Shown here in pieces: positions 18,574 through 26,340 of a stretch of DNA of 54,804 bases (within the stretch, counting starts at the first letter, position 1; every line of letters starts with the position of its first letter). Made by a program: the position numbers and the translations under genes. The notes under the pieces were generated by a model, which was not told where the DNA came from, did not search any database, and saw only the letters and a list, made by a program, of their open reading frames with translations. Source of the DNA: a virus (taxonomy: Duplodnaviria > Caudoviricetes); IMG/VR virus record IMGVR_UViG_3300012920_000051, positions 1-54,804 of that record; one strand, written 5' to 3'.

Positions 18574-19275
18574 ATGACATTCACTCTGAATGATCTTACT
18601 ACCCTCGCAACCGCTAAACGCAACCGCGCCACCTCAATCGCTCCTGACGCTCACACCATCGACGTCACCACGCTACGCTCCGATGCTCCTCTGATCACTG
18701 ATCACCCGCTCGCTACGTTCATCAATGACCTGTCAAACGCTCGTACTGTGCTCGCTAACTGCACGTCATACGATGACCGCATGATTGTCTCTGATCACGC
18801 CTCAATGTACCTCGACAACGACCGTAAATGCTTTGTGCTGTGCCTCGATGCTCACGACGCTAAACGCGCTCCTCGTACCTCTGGACATAACGTTGTGACT
18901 CTCACCGCCGACCGCGCTACGCTCAAACGCTCTGACATGCGCCACGCCGTTAACGCCTTCGTTTCGATCGCTCACGTGTCGATCATGCTTGACCGCTTTG
19001 CATCCTACCTCACGCATCCTGTGACTGCTATCGCCTTCACACGTTCACGCGCTCATGATCTCACCTCTAACGTGATCCGATATGATCACACTCACTACTC
19101 ACCTGTAACTCTCGCTCACGCGACCGCTTGCGCTGTCGTGATCCTCTCTGATCACAACCACGACACATACGCGCCCGCCTTCAACGCATGCCTTGATATG
19201 CTGAACGCATCTGATCACGCGCTCACCATCACCTGTGACGCTTACCCTGACTCTGTGCGCGCTCCTCTCGCTTGA
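18574..19275 (+). CDS. Hypothetical protein encoded without AG and with one GG (233 aa; 1 Gly; no Glu, Gln or Trp)
   Basis: AGGGAG RBS at 18560-65 is one of the few RG islands; promoter upstream and terminator downstream. Confidence 0.8.
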   Translation: MTFTLNDLTTLATAKRNRATSIAPDAHTIDVTTLRSDAPLITDHPLATFINDLSNARTVLANCTSYDDRMIVSDHASMYLDNDRKCFVLCLDAHDAKRAPRTSGHNVVTLTADRATLKRSDMRHAVNAFVSIAHVSIMLDRFASYLTHPVTAIAFTRSRAHDLTSNVIRYDHTHYSPVTLAHATACAVVILSDHNHDTYAPAFNACLDMLNASDHALTITCDAYPDSVRAPLA

Positions 19276-19352
19276 CGCGCTGACTTGACCTGACATGTGA
19301 TTGCGTGACTTGACTCCACATCATCGACCGCGATCACCACGCTCTACGCCTT

Positions 19353-19388
19353 GAAACGCGACGCTCAAAACGTCGCGTTTCTTGTTTG
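19353..19388 (+). terminator. Rho-independent terminator
   Basis: Perfect 11-bp stem GAAACGCGACG-CTCAAAA-CGTCGCGTTTC followed by TTGTTTG. Confidence 0.7.
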
Positions 19389-19731
19389 TGTGCTCTCCAG
19401 GAAGACACCGATATGATGCTGTGATCTCTGCGCAGCCGGGTATCGTTACGCGCTTGATCCTTTGTTTTGAATCCTCCCCCTACCTCCTATGCTCTTTGTG
19501 TGTGTCTCACCTCTTCGCCTCGTGTCTTGTGATGATGTGTCGTGTGCCTCACGCGCGCTCTAATGCCTCTCTATGCTCGCTTGCGCTCTCTACCTATACC
19601 TACCCCTATGTTGACTTGCTTACGTTCCTCTGTGTGCAATCTCGCGCGTCTTGTGTTTCCACGTTGCGCGCGTGTGTGCTATCCGCCGTGTCTCGTCTCA
19701 CCTTGCTTGACCTCTCGCGTTGGTATCGTTG

Positions 19732-19895
19732 CGCGTGAAATCTCCACGCGCGACCGCGTGAAATCTCCACGCCTCAACCTTGTACAACCTTGTACACGCG
19801 CGACCGCCCGACCGCGCGACCGTTCGCTCAAACCGAACGATGAAAAAACCGAAAAAAAATCAAAAAAAACCTGTACAACCTTTGTACAACGATAC
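19732..19895. repeat. Right repeat cluster: 23-bp-period repeat, AACCTTGTAC repeats, GTTCG-N7-CGAAC palindrome and A-tracts
   Basis: CGCGTGAAATCTCCACGC at 19732 and 19755; AACCTTGTAC at 19776 and 19786, variants at 19868 and 19877; palindrome near 19821; A-tracts at 19843-69. Confidence 0.85.
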
Positions 19896-20014
19896 TGTGA
19901 ACGCGCGTTCACACTCGCGAATTCCTGAAAATTTCTGAAAAAAACCCGAAATCACGAACCGCGGAGCCCTGACCGCCTTTACGACGGAGTGAATTTCCCT
20001 AGACTCGGACAAAA

Positions 20015-20043
20015 AGTTTCCGAAAACTACCGTTGAATCCGTA
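20015..20043 (+). promoter_or_regulatory. Motif B copy
   Basis: AGTTTCCGAAAACTACCGTTGAATCCGTA. Confidence 0.8.
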
Positions 20044-20125
20044 TAAGAGACAGAAATAACTCTTGATAAATGGCGATTTGTTTGGTATTTTACATATACA
20101 CAAAGATCGCAAATAACTGCAAGAC

Positions 20126-20452
20126 ATGGAGCAATACATGACAAGACTATTCCTGTTAAAAACCAAAGGCAAAGACCACACGGGCAAGCTGTGGGGCCAC
20201 TCTAAGATGCACCTTATTACTTTCGCGACTGATCTTTTACGAGAGGGTCACATATTAGAGGCTACGATCTACGAGGCGATCTTTGAGCATGACTCGTCGT
20301 TGCGTCAACTGTTGGTGTCTGTGTTGAACGGCGAATCAAAACCCACACACAACCAAGTGTGGCGTTCTACGGCCTCTGATCACGAGGCGCAGCTACAAGA
20401 CGTACAAGACATTCAATCCGTACAAGACATTCAATCCGTGGAGCCATCATGA
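20126..20452 (+). CDS. Hypothetical protein with a C-terminal 18-bp tandem duplication (VQDIQS x2)
   Basis: ORF coupled to rusA by ATGA; repeat at 20401-20436. Confidence 0.65.
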   Translation: MEQYMTRLFLLKTKGKDHTGKLWGHSKMHLITFATDLLREGHILEATIYEAIFEHDSSLRQLLVSVLNGESKPTHNQVWRSTASDHEAQLQDVQDIQSVQDIQSVEPS

Positions 20453-20961
20453 GTGACCTTGATCTTCGATTCTTTGCGTTGGGCGCACCGCGAGGCAAAC
20501 AACGCCCTAGAATGGCGCGTCGTGGGCGCAAGACCATCACATATACGCCTCAAGAAACCCTCGAATATGAGCGTAGAATTCGGGAGGCTTTTCTGTTGGC
20601 TTCTTTACACGATCAACTGCCCTTACGGGGGCCACTGTGGGTAGATGTGATCGCGATCTTCCCGCGGACTAAGGCGCTCTCCTTTCGATATAAGAACGGC
20701 ACATACAAGCACAGCACCTCGCGGATATTGCACGCTGTGAAGCCGGACGAAGACAACATACGGAAGTGCGTCCTAGATGGGATTAATGATTACATCGAGG
20801 GTGGTGATTCTCGCGTTGTGGGCGGTACAACCTTGAAGGTGTATGCGTCAATCGACGAGGAGTGTGGCACGCTTGTTAGAGTCCGCAATGCCGAGAGCCT
20901 TGAGGCGCTTGGCGCGCTCTACGATTTCGGCTGGGGTGCGGGCTCCATTGATGCGCCCTAA
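20449..20961 (+). CDS. rusA: RusA-family Holliday junction resolvase
   Basis: P.GKQRPR, YTP.ET..YE, KPDEDNIRKCVLDGI and GDSRVV motifs. Confidence 0.88.
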   Translation: MSDLDLRFFALGAPRGKQRPRMARRGRKTITYTPQETLEYERRIREAFLLASLHDQLPLRGPLWVDVIAIFPRTKALSFRYKNGTYKHSTSRILHAVKPDEDNIRKCVLDGINDYIEGGDSRVVGGTTLKVYASIDEECGTLVRVRNAESLEALGALYDFGWGAGSIDAP

Positions 20962-21261
20962 TTCGCGGGTCATTCTACGCGAGCTATTGTTCATGTGATT
21001 TAGTTGCTTTAAGACCTTCTCTCGTAGAGCCTGTGCCTCGCGTTCACGCTCTAGGACTTCTTGGCGTTCACGATCATTATCTAAAACTAGATGATCACCA
21101 TGATCGTCGGGCATGGACATCATTGGATTATCCATAATAGCCCCATCTTCGCTGTGATGAACCATCCCCTCATTTGTATAAGAGATGGCTTCTGTCTTTG
21201 CGCCCATGAGGGCGAGATATGTGACCGCGCCGAGCGCGATAACCACTAAGAGATATCTCAC
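20848..21261 (-). CDS. Membrane-anchored or secreted coiled-coil protein (possible lysis accessory)
   Basis: N-terminal signal or TM segment MRYLLVVIALGAVTYLALMGA; GGAGG RBS; coupled to the upstream - strand gene; 3' end overlaps rusA. Confidence 0.6.
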   Translation of the reverse strand: MRYLLVVIALGAVTYLALMGAKTEAISYTNEGMVHHSEDGAIMDNPMMSMPDDHGDHLVLDNDRERQEVLEREREAQALREKVLKQLNHMNNSSRRMTRELGRINGARTPAEIVERAKRLKALGIADSNKRATLLVD

Positions 21262-21575
21262 TTTACGCCTCCTGAGAGCAACCGCGTATTAAGGACTCTA
21301 ATATCTGCGCGGGTATCTTCGATACGCTTGTCGATCCGCTCTAGTGTTTTAGAGATGGACGCGAGGGTAGCGGCGTTGGCCGTAGTGGTCTTATTTAGAG
21401 ACTTGATCTCAGCGGCTGCGGAATCGAGGCTGTTTTCTGCGGCCTCTAAGCGTGCCTTAAGTACTGCGAGATCATTACTAAGAGAATTGATCCAAATTAG
21501 GGCTGGGACAAAACATGCGGCGCATGCTTTCCAAATGAGATCAGCCTTTGTACTTGGAGAGAGGGTTGTGGACAT
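21258..21575 (-). CDS. TM plus coiled-coil protein (holin- or spanin-like architecture)
   Basis: One TM segment followed by heptad repeats; GGAGG RBS. Confidence 0.65.
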   Translation of the reverse strand: MSTTLSPSTKADLIWKACAACFVPALIWINSLSNDLAVLKARLEAAENSLDSAAAEIKSLNKTTTANAATLASISKTLERIDKRIEDTRADIRVLNTRLLSGGVK

Positions 21576-21673
21576 ACGAGCCTCCGAAGGCGCATCGGAC
21601 AGATGCAGATATACTTTAGGGATAGATAAAAATTACCATATTGATGTATCTCTTAAAAGCAATCAATAATCAT

Positions 21674-21702
21674 TTGCTAAGCCAATCGGGATCATGTATG
21701 AT
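21674..21702 (+). promoter_or_regulatory. Promoter class A: TTGCTA-N17-TATGAT
   Basis: Consensus match; hairpin GTGATGT..ACATCAC at 21714-36; upstream of the CdbA-like gene. Confidence 0.8.
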
Positions 21703-21769
21703 ATTTACGTCATGTGATGTGTTTATCATACATCACTTCATTCAATCGAAACCAAATCAAGGAGCAACG

Positions 21770-21994
21770 ATGGCTAAAGAAGAGAGTCGCTCTACGTCTT
21801 GTAAGAAGACGATCTACTTCCCGAGCGCGATGCTTGATGAGATCCAACAAGAATGCACGCGCCTTGAGCGCAGCTTCTCTTGGGTCATGCAACGCGCGTG
21901 GCGCATCGCGAGAGAGACTGTACAAGAGATGCCGGGTGTTGAATTAGCAGAGACAACCGACCAACGGGAGGCTGAAGATGCTCACATTGGGTAA
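21770..21994 (+). CDS. cdbA: CdbA/CdbB-like ribbon-helix-helix protein (TIGR04563, MXAN_4361/4362 family; binds c-di-GMP and DNA in Myxococcus)
   Basis: KKTIYFPSAMLDEIQQECTRLERSFSWVMQRAWRIAR aligns without gaps to the recalled M. xanthus CdbA KQSLYFPEEMLKEIQEEATRQDRSLSWVVQQAWKIAR; AAGGAG RBS. Confidence 0.85.
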   Translation: MAKEESRSTSCKKTIYFPSAMLDEIQQECTRLERSFSWVMQRAWRIARETVQEMPGVELAETTDQREAEDAHIG

Positions 21995-22520
21995 ATTATG
22001 CACATTTGTTGCGCTACAGACATTCTCGGCGCACACACCGGACCGAACACCCCTCTCAGAGATGTCACCGTCCTATCAGCGTGTATGGAAGAAGCGCTAT
22101 ATGGACTCACGCATTGAAGAGTGTAAGCGTCTTGTGCGCTTCGCGAAAAATCAACCGGGGTTATCTGATAACAGCAGACTGGATGTAAAGCGCCACGAGA
22201 TTCTATGGATCTTATCAACCGCCGTTGTAGAGAGCGGATTAAATAACAGCGTCGTATCCAAACGAGGCGCTAAGAGTTCTATGCAGACGTACCGGAAATA
22301 CGCGCCGTGTAAGACTTGTGATTTACGGGTCGCGGGGATCTATCACGCGATCACATATCAGAGAAAACACGGATCGTGTAGCGCTGCGGCTAAGTATAAC
22401 GCAGGCCCTAGAGGAACATGTATGGGTCTTGGGCGCGGATACGCCTCACTCGTCCTGAGTGTGTACGAAGATGTATGCGCTGAGGACGGCACTGAATGTC
22501 CTATTGATTGGGGGTGTTGA
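21978..22520 (+). CDS. Secreted lytic transglycosylase-like (SLT) protein
   Basis: Signal-like N-terminus; VVESGL....VSKRGAKSSMQ and AAAKYNAGP motifs. Confidence 0.75.
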   Translation: MLTLGKLCTFVALQTFSAHTPDRTPLSEMSPSYQRVWKKRYMDSRIEECKRLVRFAKNQPGLSDNSRLDVKRHEILWILSTAVVESGLNNSVVSKRGAKSSMQTYRKYAPCKTCDLRVAGIYHAITYQRKHGSCSAAAKYNAGPRGTCMGLGRGYASLVLSVYEDVCAEDGTECPIDWGC

Positions 22521-22521
22521 G

Positions 22522-22851
22522 ATGGACGCAGGCAAATATCAAGAGTTCACTCGCACGACAGCGATCTACCCAAGAGAGACTGCGTTGTCTTATTTATGTC
22601 TTGGCCTCGCGTCTGAAGCGGGAGAGGTCTGTGACAAACTGAAGAAGCACATTCGTGACAGCACACAAGAGGACTTAACACCTGAGCAGATCACCGCGAT
22701 CTCAAAGGAGCTTGGAGACGTTTTGTGGTATGTCGCTCGACTAGCCGATGAATTAGGGCTTACCTTGCCAGAGGTCATCGAAGCCAATCATACAAAGCTA
22801 TTAAAACGTAAGCAAAACCAGACACTTAAAGGCAGTGGAGATGATCGCTGA
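22522..22851 (+). CDS. mazG: MazG-like nucleotide pyrophosphohydrolase
   Basis: LGLASEAGEV..K.KK..RD, KELGDVLWY and C-terminal GSGDDR. Confidence 0.9.
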   Translation: MDAGKYQEFTRTTAIYPRETALSYLCLGLASEAGEVCDKLKKHIRDSTQEDLTPEQITAISKELGDVLWYVARLADELGLTLPEVIEANHTKLLKRKQNQTLKGSGDDR

Positions 22852-22862
22852 TCACTCCTTAG

Positions 22863-22891
22863 ACTTTTAGAAAACTATAGAGATACTTGTA
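22863..22891 (+). promoter_or_regulatory. Motif B copy abutting the terminase start
   Basis: ACTTTTAGAAAACTATAGAGATACTTGT-ATG. Confidence 0.75.
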
Positions 22892-24561
22892 TGGCTAATA
22901 ACGACAATAGAATTATATCTCGTAAAGACATGTTGGATTTGGCTGATAAGGCTTTCCAATTCTGTCTTACTGCGAGCGGAATAGATCTCTATCCGTATCA
23001 ACGAGAGTTTGGATTACGTATATGTCAATCTGTCTTATTAGAGGACGGCGATGAGATTACTGCTTTATTCTCTCGACAGAGCGGAAAGACTGAGACCGTT
23101 TCTTGTGTCGTGCCTAGCTTGTGTGTGTTGTTACCGACGCTAGCACAGGTTCCCGATTTAGCTGAAGACTCTCGTATCTCTAAATTTAAAGATGGTTTTT
23201 GGTGTGGCATCTTCGCCCCCAACTATGAGCTTGCGGGGATCATGCACTCTCGTATGGCATCGCGCTTAACTAGCACCTCCATGCAGGAGGTATTACAAGA
23301 CCCCGATATTGACCTCCAACTCAATTCAGGGCGTAAGGTCTTGCAACTCCCTAATGGTAGCCGTGTTGACTCAAATAGCGCAGGACCGCATACCGCGATC
23401 GAGGGTAAGACTTACCACTTGATCATCTGCGAGGAGACTCAAGATATCGCGGACTATAAGATAAGAAAGTCTATTCACCCTATGGGTGCAGCGACCTCCG
23501 CTACAATCATTAAGATTGGCACACCTGCTCCAAGAATCTGCGACTTCTATGAGGCATGTGAACGTAACCGTACACGAACCCTAGAGGCTGGGCAGCGCGC
23601 TCTTAAGACTCACTTTGAATATGACTACACTGTAGCGCAACAATACAATCCCCGCTATGAGCTGTACATCAAGAAAGAGATTGAACGTCTTGGCTATGAG
23701 AGTGATGACTTTCGTATGTCTTATAGGCTCCATTGGATTCTTGAGCGCGGGTTGTTCATCACGCCTGAGATCTTAAAAGAGTGTGGAGTGCGTGATCGTA
23801 AGACCCTTCGATCTGATCAGGGATCTTCTTTTGTTCTGTCATCAGGGCTCTCTAATGTAGACCGTTCTACGGATAACCTAATCGCGTCGATTGATATTGG
23901 ACGCCACAGCGACTCTACCGTCGTGACTGTCGCTAAGGTGTGGTGGGATAACCCGGACACTCAAGCGGGTGAGAACCGCTATCGGACGCACGTACTGAAT
24001 TGGCTTGAGCTTCAAGGCGATGATCATGAACGCCAATACCCTCAGATCTTACAATTCTTGAGTAACTATAATTTGGGCTCAATCGTCGTTGATGCTACGG
24101 GTCGAGGTGATCCTATTTATGATCGTATCAATGCAGATTTGTCTGATATTGAGGTTTGGCCTTTTATCTTTACCCAGAGATCTAAGCATGAGGGCTACAC
24201 TGTTTTGTATCAAGAGATCTTCAATCAGCGCTTGACGTACCCTGCATCTAAGGGCGCGCAAAAGAGCTCTAAATGGCGTAAATTTGTACAGCAGACAACG
24301 ACCCTAGAGAAGAACTGGAAGGGTAAATATATGTCTGTCGAGGCCCCGCAACAGAAGGGCAAAGGCGCGAAGGCTCTTGATAAACCTCACGATGACTATC
24401 CCGACAGCCTCATGATGTTGTGTTGGCTGATACACCGAAAGAGTTGGAGTATTGATTATGGAGACTCACTCACAAGAAAGTCCGACATCCTCTACGACAG
24501 AGTCCGAAATAGAGGATCAGGCATCACGGCGCGTTCGGGAGCTTCCCGGAATAGATGGTGA
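22891..24561 (+). CDS. terL: Terminase large subunit
   Basis: LYPYQ, Walker A SRQSGKT, Walker B LIICEE and coupling GTP; nuclease motifs IDIG...D.TV, VDATG.G and HDDYPDS. Confidence 0.93.
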   Translation: MANNDNRIISRKDMLDLADKAFQFCLTASGIDLYPYQREFGLRICQSVLLEDGDEITALFSRQSGKTETVSCVVPSLCVLLPTLAQVPDLAEDSRISKFKDGFWCGIFAPNYELAGIMHSRMASRLTSTSMQEVLQDPDIDLQLNSGRKVLQLPNGSRVDSNSAGPHTAIEGKTYHLIICEETQDIADYKIRKSIHPMGAATSATIIKIGTPAPRICDFYEACERNRTRTLEAGQRALKTHFEYDYTVAQQYNPRYELYIKKEIERLGYESDDFRMSYRLHWILERGLFITPEILKECGVRDRKTLRSDQGSSFVLSSGLSNVDRSTDNLIASIDIGRHSDSTVVTVAKVWWDNPDTQAGENRYRTHVLNWLELQGDDHERQYPQILQFLSNYNLGSIVVDATGRGDPIYDRINADLSDIEVWPFIFTQRSKHEGYTVLYQEIFNQRLTYPASKGAQKSSKWRKFVQQTTTLEKNWKGKYMSVEAPQQKGKGAKALDKPHDDYPDSLMMLCWLIHRKSWSIDYGDSLTRKSDILYDRVRNRGSGITARSGASRNRW

Positions 24562-24760
24562 TCAGGATCTATCTATTGCTGTAATCGCTGATATCTCAGG
24601 CATTGACGCTAAGATGGTGCGTAGATATTTATACATGGGAGTGATAGGCTCAACTAGAGCTTGCGACGTTCGTGATTGGCTCGAACATCATCAACCCAAC
24701 GTAGTGTGTCGCGGAAGTCGTATTGAACGAGGCCGCGTATTTAATAAGTGGAGAGACTAA
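24452..24760 (+). CDS. Small HTH-like protein (true start probably further downstream)
   Basis: LSIAVIADISGIDAKMVRRYL HTH pattern; fills the terL-portal gap with TAATG coupling to the portal. Confidence 0.5.
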   Translation: MIMETHSQESPTSSTTESEIEDQASRRVRELPGIDGDQDLSIAVIADISGIDAKMVRRYLYMGVIGSTRACDVRDWLEHHQPNVVCRGSRIERGRVFNKWRD

Positions 24761-26319
24761 TGGCAGTTATTGACAGTACCCCGTTTGGTAAGGCCGATTC
24801 CCTTACGCATCAGATGCTTTTGGGTTTTAGAGAGAAACATGCCTATCGCCTTAAGCGCTATGATGAATACACGAAATTCTATAGAGGTGTGCATTGGGGC
24901 CGTACAAGGCATCCTGATGATCATTTCGTAACTATGAACTACTGTAGCCGTATCGTCGATATCCACGCGGACTTCTTGATGAAAGATGGCTTTAAGATCG
25001 TGATCCCTGATGATCCTGAATCTGAGGAGTTTGAGCCTGAGACTCTTGATTTCTTAAGCATGGCGCTTGATCGTATATGGCAGTTAAATGACCGCAACGA
25101 CCTCGCTTTGAACATGGCGCAGATGGCGGGCGTGACGGGTGACTGCTTTGTTCGTGTATCCCTTAAGGAAGATGCTGTGTATGGGTCTTATCCTTGTCTA
25201 GAGGTAATCCCTAGCGCTTATGTGTTTCCTACGTTTCATGGGCCTCACGGACCGTCTCAAAGCAAGCTACATAGTGTCCTGATCTCTTACCCTAAATATA
25301 CGGAGTCTGCGAACACAGATATCTTGTCTGGTCTTGACCGCGCCAATCGCAAATTTGGAGAGCCTGATCAGAGCATTGAATATCATGTTGAGCGGTGGTA
25401 TGAAGACCGCGTTATCTACTACCACGATAACGGCAAAGAAGAGGTCAAGCCCAATCCTTTAGGCAAGATTCCGCTGGTACATATCCCTAACTACCCGATT
25501 GCAGGTGAATTTTATGGACGCTCAGATCTTGCGTTTATCCTACCTTTACAGAGAGAGCTTAACGAGAAAGCGACAGACATCTCGGACGTGATCAACTATC
25601 ACGGCTCTCCTGTTACGGTTGTCAAGGGAATCAAGGTCACACATCTTGAGCGTGGCGCTAACCGTACTTGGAGCATCCCTGAGCATGCGTCTATCGAGAA
25701 CCTTGCGCTTAACGGAGAGTTAGATGCCTCTATGCAATACTTAGAGCGTATCCGTAAGGCGATGTTTGAGATTGCCGGGATACCTGAGCAGGTGTTGTCT
25801 CCTACTCATCAGTATCAAAGTGCTGTTGCGGGCTCACTCGCGTATAACAGCATGATTAATCTCCGCAAGAGCAAGATTACATCTTTCCGTAAGGGCATAC
25901 GCGAGATTAATGGCTTGATTGTCCGCGTTCTTATGTTGATTGAGGATGACTTCGCAAAGAAGGCTAAGGGCCATCCCGCGCGTCACCTCTACAACACGGA
26001 TATTGTGTTTGGCGAACCACTCCCTAGAAATGAAAGTATAGAGCTTGATCGCGCTGAGAGGCGTCTTCGTCTTGGCCTGTCATCTCGTCGTTTTGAGATG
26101 GAAAAGATGGGCTTATCACGCGCTGAGATGGACAAGATCATGGAAGAAGTACAACAAGATCGCGAATCCTCTTTAATGTTTGAGGAGCAGGCAGGCGCTA
26201 TGTTATACGAATCGGCGGGCGAGGGTAATCCGTTCCCTAAGCCAAGCAATCCCGAAATATCAGGCGAGAAAAAGTCTGAGAACTACGCGGACAGCAAGGC
26301 GACTGATCAAGAGTTTTAG
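24760..26319 (+). CDS. Portal protein (SPP1 gp6-like)
   Basis: Position after terL; NYC..IVD, NPLGKIPLVHIPN, YGRSDL and YHGSP motifs. Confidence 0.9.
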   Translation: MAVIDSTPFGKADSLTHQMLLGFREKHAYRLKRYDEYTKFYRGVHWGRTRHPDDHFVTMNYCSRIVDIHADFLMKDGFKIVIPDDPESEEFEPETLDFLSMALDRIWQLNDRNDLALNMAQMAGVTGDCFVRVSLKEDAVYGSYPCLEVIPSAYVFPTFHGPHGPSQSKLHSVLISYPKYTESANTDILSGLDRANRKFGEPDQSIEYHVERWYEDRVIYYHDNGKEEVKPNPLGKIPLVHIPNYPIAGEFYGRSDLAFILPLQRELNEKATDISDVINYHGSPVTVVKGIKVTHLERGANRTWSIPEHASIENLALNGELDASMQYLERIRKAMFEIAGIPEQVLSPTHQYQSAVAGSLAYNSMINLRKSKITSFRKGIREINGLIVRVLMLIEDDFAKKAKGHPARHLYNTDIVFGEPLPRNESIELDRAERRLRLGLSSRRFEMEKMGLSRAEMDKIMEEVQQDRESSLMFEEQAGAMLYESAGEGNPFPKPSNPEISGEKKSENYADSKATDQEF

Positions 26320-26340
26320 AAAACTATGGAGTAACCTATA
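26312..26340 (+). promoter_or_regulatory. Motif B copy containing a GGAG RBS
   Basis: AGTTTTAGAAAACTATGGAGTAACCTATA-ATG; includes the portal TAG stop. Confidence 0.8.

Larger units (their letters stand above)
17994..19963 (+). other. RG-free block 2 (+ strand lacks AG and GG)
   Basis: Only seven AG/GG islands in about 1970 bp, of which more than 1.2 kb is non-coding. Confidence 0.92.

Noticed and set aside
19382-19928. ORFs 19382-19738, 19542-19928 and 19679-19912
   Set aside because: They have no RBS, lie downstream of the terminator and overlap repeats; their Cys/Leu/Arg-rich translations reflect the biased composition, which cannot contain TAG on the + strand.
16071-19963. RG depletion as deaminase hypermutation or a sequencing artefact
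   Set aside because: G-to-A hypermutation would make the strand A-rich and break ORFs. The blocks are instead C/T-rich with intact ORFs, promoters, RBSs and a terminator, and the exceptions are motif-linked.
16071-19963. Avoidance of UV pyrimidine dimers on the template strand
   Set aside because: Template TT and TC (+ strand AA and GA), the main photoproduct sites, remain common; only CC and CT are missing.
3679-24561. Inteins or introns in nrdJ or terL, or stop-codon reassignment
   Set aside because: Both proteins have normal length with contiguous motifs, and TAG, TGA and TAA all terminate well-defined genes.
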